The notes under the pieces were generated by a model. That model was given only the letters and a program-made list of their open reading frames with translations. It made no database searches and was not told the DNA's origin. From Anaeramoeba ignava BMAN (Eukaryota; Protista; Anaeramoebae): DNA of 64,000 nucleotides. The DNA lies in contig JAPDFW010000063.1 in NCBI GenBank assembly GCA_028826165.1, positions 1,302,001-1,366,000 of the forward strand. The letters run 5' to 3'. Below, one piece after another: positions 26,272-38,500 of this stretch. The position numbers and the translations under genes were made by a program. Numbering within the stretch: position 1 is the first letter of the stretch; each line of letters opens with the position of its first letter.

Positions 26272-28925
26272 TTTAAAATTGATTTAAAATTGATATAAAA
26301 TTGATTTAAAATTAATATAAAATTGAATTAAAATCGATATAAAATTGATTTAAAATTGATATAAAATTGATATAAAATTGATTTAAAATTGATTTAAAAT
26401 TGATTTAAAATTGATTTAAAATTAATTTAAAATTGATTTAAAATTAATTTAAAATTGATTTAAAATTAATTTAAAATTGAATTAAAATCGATATAAAATT
26501 GATATAAAATTGATTTAAAATTAATATAAAATTGATTTAAATTTGATTTAAAATTGATTTAAAATTGATTTAAAATTGATTTAAAATTGATTTAAAATTA
26601 ATATAAAATTGATTTAAAATTGATTTAAAATTGATTTAAAATTGATTTAAAATTGATATAAAATTGATTTAAAATTAATTTAAAATTGTTTTAAAATTGA
26701 TTTAAAATTAATATAAAATTGATATAAAATTGATATAAAATTGATTTAAAATTGATATAATATTGATTTAAAATTGATTTAAAATTGATTTAAAATTGAT
26801 TTAAAATTAATATAATATTGATTTAAAATTGATATAAAATTGATTTAAAATTGATTTAAAATTGATTTAAAATTGATTTAAAATTGATTTAAAATTGATT
26901 TAAAATTGATTTAAAATTGGTATAAAATTGATTTAAAATTGATATAAAATTGATTTAAAATTGATTTAAAATTGATTTAAAATTGATTTAAAATTGATTT
27001 AAAATTGATATAAAATTGATTTAAAATTGATATAAAATTGATTTAAAATCAATTTAAAATTGATATAAAATTGATATAAAATTGATTTAAAATTGATATA
27101 AAATTGATATAAAATTAATATAAAATTGATTTAAAATTGATATAAAATTGATATAAATTTGATATAAAATTGATATAAAATTGATATAAAATTGATTTAA
27201 AATTAATTTAAAATTGATTTAAAATTGATTTAAAATTGATATAAAATTGATTTAAAATTGATTTAAAATTGATTTAAAATTGATTTAAAATTGATTTAAA
27301 ATTGATTTAAAATTGATTTAAAATTGATTTAAAATTGATTTAAAATTGATTTAAAATTGATATAAAATTGATATAAAATTGATATAAAATTGATATAAAA
27401 TTGATTTAAAATTAATATAAAATTGATTTAAAATTGATTTAAAATTGATATAAAATTGATTTAAAATTAATTTAAAATTGATTTAAAATTGATTTAAAAT
27501 TGATATAAAATTGATGATTTGATTTTAAAAATTGATTTAAAATTGATTTAAAATTGATTTAAAATTGATATAAAATTAATATAAAATTGATATAAAAATT
27601 GATATAAAATTGATTTAAAATTAATATAAAATTGATTTAAAATTGATTTAAAATTGATTTAAAATTGATTTAAAATTGATTTAAAATTGATTTAAAATTA
27701 ATATAAAAATTAATTTAAAATTGATTTAAAATTGATTTAAAATTGATTTAAAATTGATTTAAAATTGATATAAAATTGATTTAAAATTGATATAAAATTG
27801 ATTTAAAATTGATTTAAAATTGATATAAAATTGATTTAAAATTGATATAAAATTGATATAAAATTGATTTAAAATTGATATAAAATTGATATAAAATTGA
27901 TTTAAAATTGATATAAAATTGATTTAAAATTGATATAAAATTGATATAAAATTGATTTAAAATTAATATAAAATTGATTTAAAATTGATTTAAAATTGAT
28001 TTAAAATTGATTTAATATTGATTTAAAATTAATTTAAAATTGATTTAAAATTGATTTAAAATTGATATAAAATTGATTTAAAATTGATTTAAAATTGATT
28101 TAAAATTGATTTAAAATTGATATAAAATTAATATAAAATTGATTTAAAATTGATATAAAATTAATATAAAATTGATATAAAATTGATATAAAATTGATAT
28201 AAAATTGATATAAAATTGATTTAAAATTGATTTAAAATTGATATAAAATTGATTTAAAATTGATATAAAATTGATATAAAATTAATATAAAATTAATATA
28301 AAATTGATTTAAAATTGATTTAAAATTGATTAAAATTGATTTAAAATTGATTTAAAATTGATATAAAATTGATATAAAATTGATTTAAAATTGATTTAAA
28401 ATTGATTTAAAAATTGATTTAAAATTGATTTAAAATTGATTTAAAATTGATTTAAAATTGATTTAAAATTAATATAAAATTAATATAAAATTGATATAAA
28501 ATTGATATAAAATTGATTTAAAATTGATTTAAAAATTGATTTAAAATTGATTTAAAAATTGATTTAAAATTGATTTAAAATTAATATAAAATTAATATAA
28601 AATTGATATAAAATTGATTTAAAATTGATTTAAAATTGATTTAAAATTGATATAAAATTGATATAAAATTGATATAAAATTGATTTAAAATTGATTTAAA
28701 ATTGATTTAAAATTGATTTAAAATTGATTTAAAATTGATTTAAAATTGATATAAAATTGATTTAAAATTGATTTAAAATTGATTTAAAATTGATATAAAA
28801 TTGATTTAAAATTGATTTAAAATTAATTTAAAATTGATATAAAATTGATTTAGATTTAGATTTAAATTTGATTTAAAATTAATATAAAATTGATTTAGAT
28901 TTAGATTTAGATTTAAAATTGATTT
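26272..28925. repeat. 11-bp satellite (AAAATTGATTT / AAAATTGATAT), about 2.65 kb, roughly 240 units
   Basis: Highly regular tandem array read directly; copy number is length divided by 11. Confidence 0.95.
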
Positions 28926-28949
28926 ATTCAAGAAAACAAAAAAAAATAG

Positions 28950-31276
28950 TTAAAATAGCATAAATTGTTTTGCATCCTTGAGATTCTTAGCAAACCAAAC
29001 ATTTGAATATTTTGAATAAAAATTATCAGTTAACTTCGATTTTTTAGAAGGAAAAACCAAAATGGGAATATTGGAAGCCAAAGTTGAACGAACAAACTCG
29101 ACAAGAGATTCAGAAATTTGATGATGAGCAACAATCCTAATAGAAAAAGCACTTGTTTCGAAACTCAAAGAATTTTCAAGAAAACATATGTTTTTAGAAA
29201 GAGGATCAGTTGAGTCATTTGGAACCTTAACAGAATGACATTTGAAAAAATGTTTAATAGCTTCTTGAGCTGTGATTAAATCGGGCTTAATAAATACGCA
29301 TTTGACACCGGATTTATTCATCAGAAATCTTTCAGTGCGCTTGTTGGAGTATGAGTCAATATCGACCCAAAGCAGTGTTCTTGAGGTGAGTTTTTTCTCA
29401 GGAGCGACAAAGTGGGTCAGCAAGCAGAAAGACTCGTAGCGAATATGGTCCGAGTATGTGAGGCATCTGAGAACAATCTTGTTGATCAAATTTGAGACGG
29501 TTTCAAATTGGGATTTTTTTTCAAGAAACGAGTTGCAAAACATCCGAAGACTTGAAAGCAGATCGGTGAGTTCTGTGAAGATGAAGAGACAACCGGTCAC
29601 GGGAATGTCGAGAGACTCATGAATCGAGGTTGAATCGTCAGAGAAGCTGTCGGGGAAATCGATGTCGTTTTGGGAATGGGTTGAGATTGAGGATTTTGGA
29701 TCGAGGGAAACGGTTTTTTTTATTGGGAAAAAATTCTCGCTTGAAATATGCCTGCGAGAAAGGGGATTGCTCAAGGGTTTAGACAAGGTGTCTGAGCTCT
29801 CGTAAATTATATTGAGATCCTGATAAAATAAGGGAATCAATTTTCGGTCAATTTTGACCCTATTGTAATTGAGTTTGGACACTGCTTTGAGTTTGGCGAC
29901 GAGATTCTCGTCCTTGCGCAACATATTGATCCTCGTCTCGAGCGTGTTGAGATACTTGAGCGAGGAGTTGAGCGATTCTATGAAGCGGTTGTAGCTCTGT
30001 GGCGAAGGCGGGTAACTGAAAATGGAACAGAAATGGAAAAAGGATTTTCGGGATGTCAGTCACCCACACGTTTTGGAACCCCTTCTCAGCAATGAATGAT
30101 TTATAGATCTCGATCGTCATATCGTTTGTGGTCGCGTTGTTCGGACAGTATATCAAAATGGGGAATTCTACGCACTTGATTTCCTTGCGCAGAATGGGGA
30201 CAAACTCCAGAGCCGTTTCGGCAGCAATAATGGCACGGATCTCGCCGCGAACAGAACCGCGGAAGTAGCTGTGGTAGATCTGGTTGATGTACTTCTTATT
30301 TGGCTGCGTTGTGTAGCTCACGATGAAATTGACATCTTCGATTTTTTTCAATTCATTCACAATGTCTTTTCGCAATTCATCTTGTTCTGGATTTGCCGAG
30401 TCGAACCAGATCACCTTGAAACTAGGAACATACTCCTCATCAACGCGCACGTGAGTTTTCTTGTTGTTCAAATGATTAAAGTGGAACGCGTCGATCTTAT
30501 TTTTTGACGTCGAAATTGAAACCGTTTCTTCAATTGATTCACTTGAGTCCGAATTTTCAGGTGATTCATCGCTTTCCGCGTCTGGATACACCCCATCCAA
30601 TTGCGCCCCATTAGTCCTCGAGAGCGACCCCATCTGGAAGAACTTCGGCATGCGGGGATGATCAATGATGTCGTTGTTATTTTTATAAGAATGCAATTTC
30701 CGGCTCAATGACAGCAAGTTAAGAATGTGATATATTGGGATTTGTAGTCCAGATTTGAACATCTCCTGGTTGAGATCAAGCTCCGCAAATTTGTTCTGGA
30801 AATCTTTCATGCTGAGTTGAACAAACCAATGATAAAGATGAAAGAGATTTGTTTGTTTCGTCGAAATTCGTTTTATATTCTCTGGCATCGCAATTATGTC
30901 CCGAATAATCACAAATTTCTTGCTGAGTCTTCCTGAAGGGAAACATTCTATGAACAGATTGATCATGTCAAGTAGATCCTTCGCTTGTATTTCTGCGCTC
31001 AAGTAGTTTCGGTTTTTTTCTTGTTCATGCATCTCCGTGCTCAACGTTTCCTTGTGGATTGGCGTGAATGATACTTGGCTGATCTTTTTATATGCGCAGT
31101 TTTTTGATTGTTTTTATTTTTCATTTTTTTTTTTTATTTTAATTTTTTTCATTTTAATTTTTTTCATTTTAATTTTTTACTGAAATGCTTCTTTCAAAAA
31201 AATTATTTCTTGTTTGTTTGATTTTTTTTTGTATTTGTGCCCATTTTCCAATTGCAATTTTATAGGGCTGTTGCAT
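28950..31276 (-). CDS. Uncharacterised protein with two receiver(CheY)-like alpha/beta domains; exon 1 31276-31181, intron 31180-31084, apparent +1 indel near 30040 joining ORFs 31044-29860 and 29924-28950
   Basis: Exon 1 (MQQPYKIAIGKW...) splices in phase 0 to ISQVSFTP. Two internal repeats: VIWFD..IRAII..FVPILR..PILIYC..NVWVT and LLWVD..IRIVA..LVEFVR..PILVF..NVWFA. Confidence 0.6.
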
Positions 31277-31414
31277 TAATTTATTTTTTAAATTAGAAGA
31301 AAAAATGGAAATTTAAAAATGGAATAAAAATGAAAATGAAAAAAATGAATTCAAAAAAAATTATTTTTTTTTTCATAATTTGTTTTTTCATTTTTTTTTA
31401 ATTTTCATTTTAAA

Positions 31415-32884
31415 ATGTCTTCTTCTTTTTATTCAAATACAGAAAAACTTTCAAAAGATTTAGAAAATTTATTTAATCTTCAAAATCAATTTAATGATTT
31501 CGATATAATTTGCAAAATAAATGAAAATCAACAAACTGTATTTAAATGTCATAAATCAATTCTATCATCAAGAAGTCAATATTTTAATTCATTATTTCGT
31601 TCTAAAATGAAAGAATTTCATGAAGGAAAAATAATTTTACAAGATGTTTCAAAAAACACTTTATCATCAATTTTACAATATTTTTATTCAGGAAAACTTG
31701 AATTAACAATAAATAATGCAATCAATATTTTAATTTTTTCAGTTAAATATTTAATAGAAGAATTAATTCAATCTACTTCAAATTTTATAATCCAAAATTG
31801 TGGAATTGAAATTGTTGTTGATATCCTTAAAATTTCTGAATCGCTTGATTTAAATGATTTATCAATTTCTTGTTATAATTTTATAAACTCTCATTTTATT
31901 GAATTTTCTAAATCTTCTTATTTCTATCAACTCGAAGAAAATCAAATTCTTAAAATAATCTCTTCTAATGATATTGCTGCAGAAGAACTTGATATTTTCC
32001 AATTTCTTATTGATTGGGCTAAAAATCAAGAAAATATCCCAAAAAAAATTGATGAAATGGATAATCAAGAAAAATCAAAAATTAAACTAAAATTATCAAA
32101 TTTATTCAATAAAATTAGATTCATTGATTTCAGGAACGAAGACTTCTCTAAATTTTCCAATTTGGAATTGATTCCAAATCAAATTTCAAACAAAATTTTC
32201 GAATATTATTCTGTTGCTCCTTTTGATAATTCAAATTATGAAGATTCATTCAAAAAAATTTATCGAGAAGAAGAAGAAAAGAAAAATTCATTGATTTTTA
32301 CTCCAAGAATTGATTTCCAATCTGGAATTTTCAAAAATATTGGTTATTACAAAATATTAAAAGAATGGATCGATGATCCAATATTTTTTCAATCAATAAA
32401 ATTGGGATTTTCAGCAAAAAGAAATGGATTTTCATGTGTAAAATTCCATGAAATTTGTGATGGGAAAGGAAAGACACTTGTTGTAATCAAAAGTAAAGAT
32501 GGTTTTATTTTTGGAGGATACACATCAGTTGGTTGGGATAAATCAAAAATAAAAGAACATTCAATTTATCTTGGTGATTGGATTAAAGATGAAAATGCTT
32601 TTTTATTTTCTTTGAAAAATCCTTTAAATTCAAAACCTTTTAAATTACCAATAGAACCTGGTCAAGAACTTTGTGCTTTAAGGTATGAACCTAAACATGG
32701 TCCTTATTTTGGAAATTCGGATTTATCTATTGATGGTAATTTAAGAAGTGGAAGTTCTGATAGTCTTGGTTTTTCTTATGTAATTCCAAGTCAATTTTTA
32801 GAATCCGATTTTGAAAATCGGAAAATATTTTCAAATTCAGATAGATGGGAAATTGAAGAAATTGAAATATATTTTCACAATTAG
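31415..32884 (+). CDS. BTB/POZ - BACK - TLDc domain protein, intronless
   Basis: FKCHKSILSSRSQYFNSLF (BTB); EELDIFQFLIDW, KIRF (BACK); FSAKRNGFS..FHEICDGKGKTLVVIKS..FIFGGYT, GPYFG, EIEIY (TLDc). Confidence 0.92.
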   Translation: MSSSFYSNTEKLSKDLENLFNLQNQFNDFDIICKINENQQTVFKCHKSILSSRSQYFNSLFRSKMKEFHEGKIILQDVSKNTLSSILQYFYSGKLELTINNAINILIFSVKYLIEELIQSTSNFIIQNCGIEIVVDILKISESLDLNDLSISCYNFINSHFIEFSKSSYFYQLEENQILKIISSNDIAAEELDIFQFLIDWAKNQENIPKKIDEMDNQEKSKIKLKLSNLFNKIRFIDFRNEDFSKFSNLELIPNQISNKIFEYYSVAPFDNSNYEDSFKKIYREEEEKKNSLIFTPRIDFQSGIFKNIGYYKILKEWIDDPIFFQSIKLGFSAKRNGFSCVKFHEICDGKGKTLVVIKSKDGFIFGGYTSVGWDKSKIKEHSIYLGDWIKDENAFLFSLKNPLNSKPFKLPIEPGQELCALRYEPKHGPYFGNSDLSIDGNLRSGSSDSLGFSYVIPSQFLESDFENRKIFSNSDRWEIEEIEIYFHN

Positions 32885-33039
32885 AATTTATAAATTTTTT
32901 TTTTTCAAAATGATTAAATAAATCTTGAAAATTTAATTCAAACATCCTTTTGTATAATTCATTTCTTATTATTAACATTAATTTATGAACTCTAAAACAG
33001 TTTTTTTTTCTTTTTTTTTTTTGAATCAAACCAAAATCA

Positions 33040-35200
33040 AAATAAAAAGTGGAATAAAAATATAAAAAATAAAAAGTGGAATAAAAATATAAAAAATAAA
33101 AAGTGGAATAAAAATATAAAAATAAAAATAATATTTAAAAATATATTCTTAATAATAAAAATAAATATAAAATATAAAATATAAATAAATTTATTTAAAT
33201 TTAATAATTTAATATTATTTAAAAAAAAGTGGAATAAAAATATAAAAAATAAAAAGTGGAATAAAAATATAAAAATAAAAAATTAATATTTAAAAATATA
33301 TTTTTAATAATAAAAATAAATATAAATTATAAAATATAAATAATTTTTATTTAAATTTAATAATTTAATATTATTTAAAAAAAATGGAATAAAAATATAA
33401 AAATAAAAAGTAGAATAAAAATATAAAAATAAAAATTAAATTAAAAATATATTTTTAATAATAAAAATAAATATAAATTATAAATTATAAATAAATTTAT
33501 TTAAATTTAATAATTTAATATTATTTAAAAAAAGTGGAATAAAAAATATAAAAAATTAAAAAGTGGAATAAAAATATAAAAATAAAAAATTAATATTTAA
33601 AAATATATTTTTAATAATAAAAATAAATATAAAATATAAATTATAAATAAATTTATTTTAAATTTAATAATTTAATATTATTTAAAAAAAATGGAATAAA
33701 AATATAAAAATAAAAAGTGGAATAAAAATATTAAAAATAAAAATTAATATTTAAAAATATATTCTTAATAATAAAAATAAATATAAAATATAAATTATAA
33801 ATAAATTTATTTAAATTTAATAATTTAATATTATTTTAAAATTTAATAATTTAATATTATTTAAATTTAATAATTTAATATTATTTAAAAAAATTAAATT
33901 TAAAAAGTGGAATAAAAATATAAAAATAAAAAGTGGAATAAAAATATTAAAAATAAAAAATAAAATTTAAAAATATATTCTTAATAATAAAAATAAATAT
34001 AAAATATAAATTATAAATAAATTTATTTAAATTTAATAATTTAATATTATTTAAAAAAGTGGAATAAAAATATAAAAATAAAAAGTGGAATAAAAATATA
34101 AAAATTAAAAAGTGAAATAAAAATAAAAATAAAATTTAAAAATAAATTCTTAATAATAAAAAAATAAATATAAAATATAAATTATAAATAAATTTATTTA
34201 AATTTAATAATTTAATGTTATTAAAAAAATGAATAAAAAAATAAAAATAAAAAAGTGGAATAAAAATATTAAAATAAAATTAATATTTAAAAATATATTC
34301 TTAATAATAAAAATAAATATAAAATATAAATTATAAATAAATTTATTTAAATTTAATAATTTAATATTATTTAAAAATAATAGAATAAAAATATAAAAAT
34401 AAAAAGTGGAATAAAAATATAAAAATAAAAAATAATATTTAAAAATAAATTCTTAATAATAAAAATAAATATAAAATATAAATTATAAATAAATTTATTT
34501 AAATTTAATAATTTAATATTATTAAAAAAAGTGGAATAAAAATATAAAAATAAAAAGTGGAATAAAAATATTAAAATAAAAATAAAATTTAAAAATATAT
34601 TCTTAATAATAAAAATAAATATAAAATATAAATTATAAATAAATTTATTTAAATTTAATAATTTAATATTATTTAAAAAATAAGTGGAATAAAAAATATA
34701 AAAATTAAAAAGTGGAATAAAAATATAAAAATAAAAATTAATATTTTAAAAATATTATTTTTAAAAATAAAAAAAATAAATAAAAATATAAATTATAAAT
34801 AAATTTAATTAAATTTAATAATTTAATGTTATTAAAAAAATGGAATAAAAATATATAAAAATAAAAATTATGGGTTGGAATAAAAATATAAAAATAAAAA
34901 TAATATTTAAAAATATTTTCCATTTTTAATAAAAATAAATATAAAATATAAATTATAAATAAATTTATTTAAATTTAATAAATTAATATTATTTAAAAAT
35001 AATTAAAATAAATTAAAATAAAAAATAAAAAGTGGAATAAAAATATTAAAATAGAAAATTAAATTTAAAAATATATTCTTAATAATAAATATAAATATAA
35101 AATATAAATTATAAATAAATTTATTTAAATTTAATAATTTAATATTATTTAAAAATAATTAAATTAAATTAAAAATAAAAAATAAAAAAAATAAAATCAA
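33040..35200. repeat. ~150-155 bp AT-rich tandem repeat (about 13 units) containing paired aaaagtggaataaaaa motifs, upstream of the tRNA
   Basis: Landmark attctt/atttttaataataaaaataaatat recurs near 33145, 33300, 33451, 33608, 33761, 34146, 34297, 34450, 34600. Confidence 0.85.
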
Positions 35201-35276
35201 TATTTAAAAATATTACTTTTTTAAAAATAAAAAATAAGAAAAAAAATAATTTAAATTAAAATTAAATTAAATTAAA

Positions 35277-35348
35277 TCGGGTATAGTACAATGGTTAGTA
35301 TATGAGTCTTTCACATTCAAGATCGGGGTTCGATTCCCCGTACCCGAG
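35277..35348 (+). tRNA. tRNA-Glu (TTC)
   Basis: Acceptor TCGGGTA/TACCCGA, D arm GTAC..TGGTTA..GTAT, anticodon arm TGAGT-CT TTC AC-ATTCA, T arm CGGGG-TTCGATT-CCCCG; followed by a T-run Pol III terminator. Confidence 0.93.
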
Positions 35349-35564
35349 TTATTTTTTTGTTTTTTTTATTTTTCATTTTTTCATTTTTTCATTTTTTCAT
35401 TTTTTATTTTTTCATTTTTTCATTTTTTTATTTGGAAATTAATTAGAAAAGGAAATTAAATTAAATCAAATTAAATTAAATCAAATTAAATCAAATTAAA
35501 TCAAATTAAATTAAATATAAAAAAATATTTAGATATTTATAAAAATAAAAAATTAAAAAATTAA

Positions 35565-38500
35565 ATGAATTATCAAGATAAACTTTTTTTTTTTCAAGAA
35601 CATCATAAACCACAAACAATTCCTTTAAATTATTTACAAAAAACTGATTGGAGAATTAAAACAAGAGTAAAAAAAAAAGAAAGAAAGAAAATTCAAATTA
35701 AAATCAAAAATCAAAATCAATAATCAAAATCAAAATTAAAATTAAAATCAAAATCATTGTTTAAATTACTTTTTTTTTTGAAATAAAGATAAAAACAACA
35801 CATGGATTAATTTGTTATTGTTTAAATATTGGAATCAATCCACCAGATGTTGATAAACCTGATAATTGTTCCATTTTACAATGTTGGATAGATCCATTTT
35901 TAAAATCTCAAAATCAAGCTATTGAAGATATTGAAAAAACACTTGAAAAACAATATAAACAATGGCAACCAAGAGTAGATTTAATATCAAATATAAATCT
36001 AAATATCAAATATAAATATAAATATAAATATAAATATAAATATAAATACAAATATAATAAATATAAATATAAATATAAATATAAATATAAATATAAATAT
36101 AAAATATAAAATATAAATATAAATATAAATATAAATATAAAATAAAAATAAAAATATAAATATAAAATAAAATATAAAATATAAATATTTTAAATATAAA
36201 AATATAAATATAAATATAAATATATAAATATAAATATAAATATAAATATAAATATAAATATAAATATAAATATAAATATAAATATAAATATAAATATAAA
36301 AAATATAAATATAAAATATAAATATAAATATAAATATAAATATAAATATAAATATAAATATAAATATAAAAAAATATAAAATATATAAATATAAAATAAA
36401 AAATATAAATAAAATAAAAATATAAAATAAAAAAATATAAATATAAATATAAATATAAATATAAATATAAATATAAATATAAATAACATAAATAATATAA
36501 ATATAAAATATAAAATATAAATATAAAATATAAAATATAAAATATAAATATAAATATAAATATAAATATAAATATAAATATAAATATAAATATAAATATA
36601 AATATAAAAAAAATATAAATATAAATATAAAAATCAAATATAAATATAAATATAAATATAAATATAAATATAAATATAATTATAAATATAAATATAAATA
36701 TAATTATAATTATAAATATAAATATAAATATAAATATAAATATAAATATAAATATAAATCTAATTATATTTTTATTTATAAATATATTTTTATTTATAAA
36801 TATATTTTTATTTATAAATATATTTTTATTCTTATATTTAATTAAAAAAAAGATTTTATATGAAAAATAAGTGATCCATATGTTGAAAAATTTAGAAAAT
36901 CATGTATAAGATTAAAAAAAATTACTGAAAATAGAATATTATTTCATTATAATGGACATGGAGTTCCAAAACCAACAAAAAATCAAGAAATATGGGTTTT
37001 CAATCAAAATCATACACAATATATACCATTATCAATATATGATGTTATAGATTGGCTTGGAAGACCTTTAATTTGTGTTTTTGATTGTGCAAAAGCAGAT
37101 TTACTTTTACCAGCTTTTAAAGAATATGAAAAAATCGGAGATGATTTAGAAAAGAACTTGAAAAACATTAGAAAAAAAAGGAAAAGGAAATAAAATATAT
37201 CATTCTTGCTCCTTGTAGAGGAGAAGAAGAACTACCAACAAATCCAAAATTTCCAGCAGATTTATTTACAAGTTGTTTAACAACTCCAATGAAAATAGCA
37301 TTAAATTGGCATTTTTATTCAAAAATGGGAGCAAATATTTTATTAAAAAATATAGATAATGATATGATTAATAAAATTCCAGGAAAATTTTCAGATAGAA
37401 AATCAGCTTTGGGAGAATTAAATTGGATTTTTACATCAATTACAGATACAATTGCTTGGGATATTTTGCCTCATAAATTATTCCATAAATTATATAGACA
37501 AGATATTTTGGTTGCAAGTTTGTTTAGAAATTATTTGTTGGCTGAAAGAATTCTTCACACTATGAATTGCACAACATTTACATATCCTCAAATACCTTCA
37601 ACATGGAATCATCCACTTTGGAAAACTTGGGATTTTTCTGTTGATTTTTGTATTTCTCAACTTCCTTTATTTATGATAAATCCAAAATATCAATTCCAAC
37701 AAAATACTTTTTTTAAGGATCAATTAACAGCATTTGAAATTTGGCTTAATTCAGGAACTAAAATCAAAAGTGGAATTATTCATCTCCCAATTATTTTACA
37801 ATTTTTATTAAGTCAAGCAGATAGAAAAAGAGCCTTATTTCTTTTGGCTAGATTTCTTGATTTGGGAGATTGGGCTATTTATCAATCTTTGGATGTTGGG
37901 ATATTTCCTTATGTTTTAACTCTTTTACAAAGTTCTAATCCTGATTTAAAAAATTTATTAATTTTTATTTGGGCAAAAATAATTTGTTTTGATGAAGTAA
38001 ATTTAAAAACAGAATTTATAAGAAGATTTTTATTATATTCACATTCACACACAAAAAAATAATATTTTACAAAAAATTTACAGAGTTGCCAAAAGAACTT
38101 GTTAAAGATAAAAGATGTCTTCTTTATTTTATAGATACATTATCTTCTTTTTCAGCTGAGACAACAAATAGTATTTTGAGTGGATTTATTTTATCCAAAA
38201 TACAAAATAATAATTCTTCAGGAAAAAGAGAATGTTTATCAGCAAATTTATTACAGATTTGTCTTTCCAAATTAGAATCAAATGATGGATTAATTCGGAA
38301 ATGGATGTGTTTATGTTTATCTAAACTTTGGGAAGATTATGATGAAGCAAAAGAAACAGGATTTAGAGAAGCAGCAGCTGATAAACTTATTCAATTACTT
38401 AATGATAGTTCACCTGAAGTTAGAGCAAGTTCAATTTATGCTTTATCAACTTTTATTGGAAATTCATCTCAAAATGAAGAACAAAAAAATGCAATTTTGA

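Noticed and set aside
24920-30045. Programmed +1 frameshifting at T-run+CCA sites (about 24940 and 30040), plus other frame breaks (19378, 36868, 37150-37195, 38090, 43915, 63260)
   Set aside because: Breaks go in both directions and sit in or next to homopolymer runs, including in conserved Raptor; this pattern is typical of long-read consensus error. These genes are not called pseudogenes for the same reason.
26272-35200. CRISPR array or telomeric repeat
   Set aside because: No unique spacers, no cas genes and no G-rich telomere unit; these are plain tandem repeats in eukaryotic DNA.
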